Assembly (NCBI RefSeq): GCF_963921235.1
Contig: NC_086097.1
Location: 76,386,001 to 76,450,000, forward strand
Reading direction: 5' to 3'
Source: Mobula hypostoma
Taxonomy: Eukaryota
DNA: 64,000 nt
Position numbers and translations under genes: made by a program. A model generated the notes under the pieces. It searched no databases. It saw nothing but the letters and a program-made list of their open reading frames with translations, and had not been told where the DNA came from. Shown here in pieces: positions 63,597 to 64,000 of this stretch (the first letter of the stretch is position 1; every line of letters starts with the position of its first letter).

Positions 63597-64000
63597 AAAG
63601 AAGCAGCAGAAGGTTGTAAATATAGTCAGCTGCACCTTAGCCAACAAAGTACCCAGGACATCTTTCGGGAGCAGTGTCTCAGAAAGGCAGCGTCCATTAT
63701 TAAGGACCTTCAGCACCCAGGGCATGCCCTTTTCTCACTGTTACCATCAGGTAGGAGATACAGAAGCCTGAAGGCACACACTCAGCGATTCAGGAACAGC
63801 TTCTTCCCCTCTGCCATCCGATTCCTAAATGGACATTGAAGCTTCAGACACTATCTCACTTTTTTAATATGCAGTATTTCTGTTTTTGCACATTTTTTAA
63901 TAATATATTCAATATACATTATTTATTTATTTATGTTTTATTTTATTTATTTTTTTTATCTCCCTCTCTGCTAGATTATGTATTGCATTGAACTGCTGCT
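63597..64000 (+). mobile_element. Rex/Babar LINE 3' end, running off the window
   Basis: Nearly identical to 43897-44260. Confidence 0.8.

Noticed and set aside
25620..64000. Preceding FMN1 exons (GRLQAVWPPP / EYQAAIL-like)
   Set aside because: No matching spliceable frame was found. A short diverged exon could have been missed.
43897..64000. Direct repeats at 43.9 kb and 63.6 kb as paired LTRs
   Set aside because: Both are LINE 3' ends with different 5' truncation and no TG...CA termini.

Overview
Eukaryotic, AT-rich, repeat-dense vertebrate DNA. The repeat set (V-SINEs, CR1, Rex/Babar, Penelope, RTE) suggests a cartilaginous fish (shark or ray); this is an inference. The whole window appears to lie inside a minus-strand formin-1 (FMN1) gene. 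Two coding exons are present: the FH1 exon (25566-24812) and the next FH2 exon (16968-16818). They have canonical AG/GT ends and join in frame. The neighbouring exons were not found, so the rest is intronic. Most other long ORFs are retroelement fragments or noise. The most notable hidden structures are: (i) an HDV-like ribozyme fold at the 5' end of two related repeats, with an unusual hairpin inserted in loop L3; (ii) minimal hammerhead ribozyme motifs in Penelope terminal repeats, some on fold-back elements with 11-16 bp target duplications; (iii) a TGT...ACA fold-back element with a 4-bp TSD (Ginger-like) inside a three-level nest; (iv) a 906-nt, phase-0, stop-free two-exon module flanked by inverted LINEs, which is a circRNA candidate. 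All calls were made by eye, and old-repeat boundaries are approximate.
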